DNA of 64,000 nt from Candidatus Beckwithbacteria bacterium (GTDB lineage: Bacteria; Patescibacteriota; Microgenomatia; UBA1400; CG1-02-47-37), in the NCBI GenBank assembly GCA_026397255.1, contig JAPLVF010000007.1:3129-67128 (forward strand), in the 5' to 3' direction. A model generated the notes under the pieces. That model did not search any database, was not told the DNA's origin, and worked only from the letters and a program-made list of their open reading frames with translations. Positions 58,176-64,000 of the stretch are shown in pieces. The translations under genes were made by a program, and so were the position numbers. Each line of letters starts with the position of its first letter. Within the stretch, counting starts at the first letter, position 1.

Positions 58176-59387
58176 TCATTCATATCTAATGGCTTCCAGA
58201 GGGGTTAAGTTGGCGGCCCGACGGGCGGGAAAGACGCCAAAAGTAATACCGATGGCGGAGGAAACAAAGAAAGCGAGAAGAACGGAAATCAAGTTGATGC
58301 TGGCAGGAAAAGCAGTGCGGACCATCAGAACAATCAGAGCGGCAAGAATTAAGCCGATGATGCCACCGAAAGCAGAGAGAATAACTGATTCAGATAAAAA
58401 CTGAACCAGAATGTCTTTTTTAGTGGCGCCTAAGCCTCGGCGGATACCGATTTCTTTCGTCCGTTCCGTGACCGTAGCAAACATGATATTCATAATGCCA
58501 ATGCCGCCGACTAAGAGAGAAATAGAAGCAATGGCAATTAAGACACTATTGATAATAGTAAAAATTTGATTAACCGTGGATAAGATTTCCGTCTGTTCGG
58601 TGACGGAAAAATCATCAGCTTTATAACGTTTTAATAAAACTGTTTTAGCTTTAGCTTTGACCAACTCAATTTTGGTTTTGTCATTAACGCCCAAATAAAT
58701 AGTAAAGAAAGTTTTATTAGGGTTTAAGCCGGCAAAAGTAGTCCGGTACGGCATAATCACACTACTATCCATTTCCCGATCGCCTTTTTTTTCAGCCACG
58801 CCCACAACCGTAAAGCGAAGGCTATTTACTTTAACGGTTTTACCGACTGCTTTGTTGGGGTCGACAAAAAGTTGCTGAGCTAAAGTAAAGCCAAGAACGG
58901 CGATTTTCGCCCGGCTTTGATCATCTTTTTTGGTGAGTATCCGACCGCTGACAGGCTTGATATTCATTAAAGTAAACATGGATTCAGTAGTTCCTTGAAC
59001 GTAACCCAAGCGTTTGATAGCGTTAGCCTCGACGGTAGAGCTTTTAAAGTACACGGGGACAACATAGTCGGCTTGGCTGTTTTTGACGAGATTAAGATAG
59101 TCTTTTTCGTCAAAATTAGCGCCGCCGGCAAAACCGGAACCAAAATTACCGCCGGCACCGGCGTCAGAATTAAACACGTTGCCGGGGAAAATAATAATCA
59201 GATTGGATCCGAGCCTTTCAAATTGTTGCTGGATGTAATTTTTTAAGCCTAAGCCCAAGGCAATCAAAAGCACGACGGATAAAACTCCGATCATGATACC
59301 AAGGGAAGTTAATAAAGTCCGGACTTTATTCCGTTGGAAATCGGCCAGAGCATCTTTAAATAAAGGGATTAGGTTTAAGTCGGTCAT
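58176..59387 (-). CDS. MacB-like ABC permease
   Basis: RT.LT.LGI.IG, GGIGIMNIM..TV.ERTKEIGIR..GA, PA.RAA.L.P.EA.RYE. Confidence 0.93.
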   Translation of the reverse strand: MTDLNLIPLFKDALADFQRNKVRTLLTSLGIMIGVLSVVLLIALGLGLKNYIQQQFERLGSNLIIIFPGNVFNSDAGAGGNFGSGFAGGANFDEKDYLNLVKNSQADYVVPVYFKSSTVEANAIKRLGYVQGTTESMFTLMNIKPVSGRILTKKDDQSRAKIAVLGFTLAQQLFVDPNKAVGKTVKVNSLRFTVVGVAEKKGDREMDSSVIMPYRTTFAGLNPNKTFFTIYLGVNDKTKIELVKAKAKTVLLKRYKADDFSVTEQTEILSTVNQIFTIINSVLIAIASISLLVGGIGIMNIMFATVTERTKEIGIRRGLGATKKDILVQFLSESVILSAFGGIIGLILAALIVLMVRTAFPASINLISVLLAFFVSSAIGITFGVFPARRAANLTPLEAIRYE

Positions 59388-60070
59388 AGATATTTTTTGA
59401 CGATAGTTCCATCGCGAATATAAACTCTTTTTTTAGCCCTTTGGGCAATGTCTGGTTCATGGGTGACCATGATAACAGTGGTGTTAAATTCCTGGTTTAG
59501 GTTTTCGATGAGTTTGATGATTTCGTTGCCGGTTTTAGTATCCAGGTTGCCGGTGGGTTCATCAGCCAAAATAATTTTTGGATTCATCATGACCGCCCGG
59601 GCGATGGCCACCCGCTGCTGCTGGCCGCCGGAAATTTTATTAGGAAAAAAATCCCGACGGTGAAGAATACCGAACTTTTTTAAGAGGGTTAATGCCCGGT
59701 TCAGCGGATTAAAATTAAGTTTTCCCTTATAGAATTTAGCGGGCAGAAGCACGTTTTCTAAAACCGTCAGTTTATTGATTAAATTAAATTGTTGAAAGAC
59801 AAAACCGATCGTGGCATTTCTCAGATGGGAAAGGGCGTTATCGGAAAGATGACTAATATCTTGGTTGTTTAAGATAATTTGGCCGGAACTGGGAGTTTCT
59901 AAAAGACCGATTAAATACATTAAAGTGGATTTGCCGCTGCCGGACGAACCCCGGATACTGAGGTATTCTTTAGCTTTAATTTTTAAATTAATGTGACTGA
60001 CGGCGTTAACGGCTTCAGTGCCTAAGTAGTAGGTTTTGCAAACGTTTTTCAGTTCAATTATGGGAGCCAT
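59384..60070 (-). CDS. ABC ATP-binding protein (LolD/MacB type)
   Basis: GSSGSGKST, ISGGQQQRVAIARA, ADEPTGNLD. Confidence 0.95.
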   Translation of the reverse strand: MAPIIELKNVCKTYYLGTEAVNAVSHINLKIKAKEYLSIRGSSGSGKSTLMYLIGLLETPSSGQIILNNQDISHLSDNALSHLRNATIGFVFQQFNLINKLTVLENVLLPAKFYKGKLNFNPLNRALTLLKKFGILHRRDFFPNKISGGQQQRVAIARAVMMNPKIILADEPTGNLDTKTGNEIIKLIENLNQEFNTTVIMVTHEPDIAQRAKKRVYIRDGTIVKKYL

Positions 60071-60072
60071 GC

Positions 60073-61116
60073 TTATTTTTTAAGTTTTTTGCCAATAACC
60101 ACGATTTGTTCCGGGTTTAAACCGCTAGTAATTTCAGTCAGATCGCCGTTGCTGGTGCCAGTGATGACGGTTAGAGACTTGAGTCGATGATTAACGACGA
60201 TCTGGACTTGAGTTTGACCGTTGGTTTCATTAATCGCAGCCGTGGGAACGCTTAAGACATTATTTTTGGCATTAACTAAGATACTCACTTCCCCATTCAT
60301 GCCAAGAAGCAAAGATTGGTCAATCGAGTTGACGAGTTTAAACTTAGCGATAAAGACCGTGCTGCCGGAAGAATCAGCTTGGCTGTTAAAGTCGATGGAA
60401 TCAACGGTTACCGGGATTGGTTTATCCGGGTAGGCATCAAGAGTAATTTCCGCCGCTTGCTGGACTTTAACCAGACTAATATCCATTTCATCGATTTGGG
60501 CTTCAAAAACCAGATTTTGCGGATCGGCGACAGTAAAAACAGCGGCGGCAGGGATAATGTTAACGCCGGAAACCGGGGTATCAATATGAGTGACAATGCC
60601 GCTGATTGGAGTAATTAAGGTGGCATATTTTAAGGTAATATCCTGTAGTTCAACATCTAAAACTGCTTTATCCAGGTCATATTGGTTTTTTTGTAAAATT
60701 CGGCTGATAGTGTCGGTTAGGGCTGTATCTCGGTAGGTAACTTTAAGGGCTTCATCAAAGTCGTTGCGTTCTTTGGAAAAATCCAGCAAGTACTTTTGTA
60801 AAGTCTTTTTTAATTGTTTTTGGTCCAGACTGGCTAAAGCCTGCCATTTGTTGACATAATCCCCTTCTTTAACTCCGACCCAAGCGAGCTGGCCGGCAGT
60901 TTGGAATTGTAGGTTAACTTCGGTAGCGGACTTGACTTTACCGGAAGCGGTAACGGTTTGGCGGATATCCTGAAAAGCGGCCGGAACTAAATCGTAAAGC
61001 GTTTCTGGGGCTTTCGGCCAAAATTTCTGATAACTTAACCAGCCGCTGCCGAACAGAACAATGATTATCAATCCGGTCTGCCACCGATGCTGTTTTAGCC
61101 ACGTTAAAATAATCAT
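60073..61116 (-). CDS. Efflux periplasmic adaptor (MacA/HlyD-like)
   Basis: TM, G....V.VKEGD.V, PISGIV, IDE.DI, VP..A. Confidence 0.88.
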   Translation of the reverse strand: MIILTWLKQHRWQTGLIIIVLFGSGWLSYQKFWPKAPETLYDLVPAAFQDIRQTVTASGKVKSATEVNLQFQTAGQLAWVGVKEGDYVNKWQALASLDQKQLKKTLQKYLLDFSKERNDFDEALKVTYRDTALTDTISRILQKNQYDLDKAVLDVELQDITLKYATLITPISGIVTHIDTPVSGVNIIPAAAVFTVADPQNLVFEAQIDEMDISLVKVQQAAEITLDAYPDKPIPVTVDSIDFNSQADSSGSTVFIAKFKLVNSIDQSLLLGMNGEVSILVNAKNNVLSVPTAAINETNGQTQVQIVVNHRLKSLTVITGTSNGDLTEITSGLNPEQIVVIGKKLKK

Positions 61117-61191
61117 AGAGTTGATATTATATACTATGGGGTTTATTAATTACAAATGTGTTTACACTGAAGCCCGTTTTACGGGCTGAAG

Positions 61192-61273
61192 TGCCAGGGA
61201 GAGGACTCGAACCTCCAAGCCTTGCGGCACACGCTCCTAAAGCGTGCGTGTCTACCGATTTCACCACCCTGGC
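61192..61273 (-). tRNA. tRNA-Leu(TAG)
   Basis: CACGC-TTTAGGA-GCGTG; variable arm GCCGCAAGGC; GGTTCGAGTCC. Confidence 0.95.
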
Positions 61274-61285
61274 TGGGAGTAAACT

Positions 61286-61537
61286 CTATTGTATCAGAGA
61301 TTTTCTAATAATTTGTCTCAAGGATGATTTTCCTTTGGATGTTTTGAAGTATTTTTCTCTTCGAATACTGTCAGATTTAGCCAAAAAAGCTTCATAAAAG
61401 ATTAACTTAATTTGCTTCCACCATTTAGTCGATTTAACTTTTTTATTGAAATGTTGTTTTAGTCTTTGTTTTAAATTTGAAGAGCGGCCGATGTAAAGTT
61501 TATTTTCAGGAGATTTTAAAACATAAGTGTAGTGCAT
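61286..61537 (-). CDS. Small GIY-YIG nuclease
   Basis: YTYVL.S...LYIG...NL..RL.QH, YEAF, RRE.YFK. Confidence 0.88.
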   Translation of the reverse strand: MHYTYVLKSPENKLYIGRSSNLKQRLKQHFNKKVKSTKWWKQIKLIFYEAFLAKSDSIRREKYFKTSKGKSSLRQIIRKSLIQ

Positions 61538-61543
61538 AATATT

Positions 61544-61610
61544 CCGATTTTCCCGCACCGCGTTGGGTGCAGGACCACAAACTCTACGTAGTTTGTGGCA
61601 CCACCCTGGC
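61544..61610 (-). repeat. Duplicated tRNA-Leu 5' end interrupted by two 24-nt hairpins
   Basis: GCCAGGGTGGTG-[48 nt]-AAATCGG equals tRNA nt 1-19. Confidence 0.8.
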
Positions 61611-62372
61611 TTATAGATATTTTAACAGAGGGCGAGCTAATTTCCTAGCGCGTTTAAGGGCGGCGGCATGAGCTTGCCATTCTAACTGATCATCTAGAGG
61701 TTCAAGTTTAATTGGCCCGTATTTTTTTTCAAGAGCTAATTTAATTAAATAATCGCAAAAATGCGGATTTTTAGGTAAAAGCGAACCATGGAGATAACAG
61801 CCGAAAACATTGTGAATAACAGCGCCTTCGGTTTTGTCCTGGCCATTATTGCCAAAACCGAGAATCACCTTACCTAAGGGTTGAGTAGCGGCGGCTAAAA
61901 AAGTATTGCCGGAGTGATTTTCAAAGCCGACAAGATAGGGAGTAGGGTGAAGGACAGCAGGGTTAGCTTTAATAATAATATTGCCGATTTTGCGTTGTTT
62001 AGAAGCAACGGTATAGGCATTAAAAATACCGATGCCTTTAATTTTGGGGCCGCTGGACGGTTGGAAATAATTACCGAAAAGTTGATAAGTGCCACAAATA
62101 GTAAGCATAGGAATGCCGGCTTGAGCCGCTTTTAATAAAACAACGCGGCGTTTAAATAAATCTGAAGCAATTAATTGTTGTTGCTGGTCTTGGCCGCCGC
62201 CGCCGAATAACAGATCAAAGCCCCCCTGAGGTAAAGGATCGTTTAGGCCAATGGATTTAATAAAGACTTTGATTCCCCGCTGTTTTAAGCGGTAAACTAA
62301 GCTAAAAATATTACCCCGGTCGCCGTAAATATTCAAATCTTTCGGATAAAGATGAGCAATGGTAATTTTCAT
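61611..62372 (-). CDS. gatD: Lipid II isoglutaminyl synthase glutaminase subunit
   Basis: YGDRGN, GGGQD..Q, ICG.YQL.G, GFENHSG, YLHG.LLPKNP. Confidence 0.92.
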   Translation of the reverse strand: MKITIAHLYPKDLNIYGDRGNIFSLVYRLKQRGIKVFIKSIGLNDPLPQGGFDLLFGGGGQDQQQQLIASDLFKRRVVLLKAAQAGIPMLTICGTYQLFGNYFQPSSGPKIKGIGIFNAYTVASKQRKIGNIIIKANPAVLHPTPYLVGFENHSGNTFLAAATQPLGKVILGFGNNGQDKTEGAVIHNVFGCYLHGSLLPKNPHFCDYLIKLALEKKYGPIKLEPLDDQLEWQAHAAALKRARKLARPLLKYL

Positions 62373-62375
62373 AAA

Positions 62376-63473
62376 TTAATCGAATTTTTGTTTAAAGATA
62401 ATTTGACGCAGTTTCAGCATGGCGGTATAGGTGGGTAAAATATAGTCCGGCGAATAACTGAGAGCTTTTTTAATATTTGGTTCTAGTTGGATTAAGTGGG
62501 GGTTAAGCCCGGCGTATTTTAGCCTTAAAGCCATGTCCAAAGCCCGGGTGCCGGAAACAGTAATGGGAGTTTTTCTGGAGTTTAAATAATTAAAGTCGAT
62601 ATCCCAAATCCAGGAAACGTCGGTTCCGTCGGCAATTAAATCATTTAAGATAATCAACAGCCGTTTGTTTAACTGATTTTGATCTTGAAGCATTTGCCAA
62701 ATAGCGTTAAATCCGGCGGGGTTTTTCACCAGAAAAATTTTAATCGGTTTATCATTCAAAACTAATTCTTCTCCCCGACCGAAAGCCGGACGAAAGCGGG
62801 TCAGACCTTGAGTGGTCAGTTGAGGATCTAAGCGAAGAACATTGGCAACGGTTTTAGCCGCCTCGAGGTTATATTGATGGTATTGGCCGGGAGAGAGTGG
62901 TTGGCCAAAGTAAACGATTCTGGGGAAACTTAATGTTTTTAAACGGGCATCAGCCTGATTGATCAAAACTTGGGAAGTTTTAGGCAGTAATTGCAGTGAT
63001 TCTTGCCAGAGTTTTAAGATTGAATCAACTTCGCCATAACGATCTAGTTGGTCACGGGACAGGTTATTAAAAAGAATGATTTCCGGTTTTAATTGTTTAA
63101 CGGCTTCTTTAACGGCGGCTTCGTCAATTTCCCAGATGGCGAATTTTTCTTTTAAATGGCCGAAAACATCACTTTGATTAATTAAAGAGGAAGCAATTCC
63201 CCGCATTAAATTAGAACCACTGCGATTGTGAATAAAATTTATTCGATGAGTCTTGAAGATTTCCCCGATTAGGCGACAAGTGGTGGTTTTACCGTTGGTG
63301 CCGGTGATAATTATTGATTTAAGTTGGTTGGTTTTAACTAACTGGTTAATAAAATCAGAATTAATTTTTAAGATAACTAATCCGGGGAGGGCGGTGCCGC
63401 CTAAAGAGAAAACCCGACAAAACTTATTAATTATTTTTCCTATAATAATGCTTGTTGACATATTATAAGTCAT
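62376..63473 (-). CDS. murT: MurT-like Mur ligase (DUF1727)
   Basis: GT.LPG, TGTNGKTTT, RDQLDRYGE, LVKNPAG, DG.DVSWIWD. Confidence 0.92.
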   Translation of the reverse strand: MTYNMSTSIIIGKIINKFCRVFSLGGTALPGLVILKINSDFINQLVKTNQLKSIIITGTNGKTTTCRLIGEIFKTHRINFIHNRSGSNLMRGIASSLINQSDVFGHLKEKFAIWEIDEAAVKEAVKQLKPEIILFNNLSRDQLDRYGEVDSILKLWQESLQLLPKTSQVLINQADARLKTLSFPRIVYFGQPLSPGQYHQYNLEAAKTVANVLRLDPQLTTQGLTRFRPAFGRGEELVLNDKPIKIFLVKNPAGFNAIWQMLQDQNQLNKRLLIILNDLIADGTDVSWIWDIDFNYLNSRKTPITVSGTRALDMALRLKYAGLNPHLIQLEPNIKKALSYSPDYILPTYTAMLKLRQIIFKQKFD

Positions 63474-63539
63474 ATGGTAGTATAAACACAGATCCGTCGG
63501 TTTAGCCTCACCGGGCAGACTGATGGATTTTTTTTGATT

Positions 63540-64000
63540 TTATTCCATTTCATCCAGAAATTGCTGAACGCCTTTAGCCCAGGAACCCTCAGATAAAGGA
63601 GTATAAATTGACATAATTTCCTCCGGAGTGATTAAACCTTTACGTATATAATTCTGTGATAGGCCTTTAGCGACCACTTCAATCGCTTCCTGATAAGACG
63701 AAAACTTTAGAGTGCCCTGGGAATGAATTCCCCAACCCCAACAGTTATGGGAATCATCGGGAATTTTTTTGCATAAATTAGATTCCTGTTGAGCAATGGC
63801 CAATAAAAGCCGCGAGTCTAAATTATATTTTTCGGCCGTGGCGATTAAATAGTCGGCTTCAGGCAGCAGGGGTGAATCATATTTTTTAAGGTAATTTTTA
63901 ATAATTTCCGGTATGGCATCGTCGGTTTTAACGGAGAAAGTAAAAGCCCCCAAGACTTCCGGTAAAACAGGTTTAGAAACAATGGATTCAGAGGTAGAAT
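63540..64000 (-). CDS. Lysozyme/glucosaminidase-like protein, 5' end outside window
   Basis: LL.AIA.QES, NCWGWG, I...Y.P...SW..GV. Confidence 0.6.
   Translation of the reverse strand, partial: STSESIVSKPVLPEVLGAFTFSVKTDDAIPEIIKNYLKKYDSPLLPEADYLIATAEKYNLDSRLLLAIAQQESNLCKKIPDDSHNCWGWGIHSQGTLKFSSYQEAIEVVAKGLSQNYIRKGLITPEEIMSIYTPLSEGSWAKGVQQFLDEME

Overview
Gene-dense, AT-rich bacterial chromosome segment using the standard code (TGA = stop). Gene content suggests a Patescibacteria/CPR organism, probably Microgenomates-like (inference): shortened housekeeping proteins, a type IV pilus cluster without secretin, MurT/GatD, no biosynthetic operons. Housekeeping genes include rpsF-ssb-rpsR, rplI, prfA, hisS, dnaB, efp, xer, gyrB-hppA-gyrA, holB, the pil cluster, rnc, nusB, recG, tyrS, PBP1A, pheST, thrS-infC-rpmI-rplT, tig, a MacAB-like ABC exporter and 4 tRNAs. 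Highlights read directly from the sequence: (1) a variant T-box-like leader (ultrashort stem I with a UAC Tyr codon, atypical bulge, terminator/antiterminator) in front of tRNA-Tyr, an uncharacterised TyrRS/TrpRS-like paralog and tyrS; (2) a His-His leader-peptide attenuator plus candidate TrpR-family operators in front of a PRTase-HAD fusion, a nucleoside hydrolase and hisS; (3) two RAYT-type transposases with their own REP-like palindromes, and palindromes sitting in frame inside RF1, EF-P, PheS, PheT, the TyrRS paralog and one RAYT itself; (4) a GIY-YIG gene bracketed by a duplicated tRNA-Leu 5' end that is split by two hairpins; (5) many apparently leaderless promoters. All calls are by eye; no database search or folding program was run.
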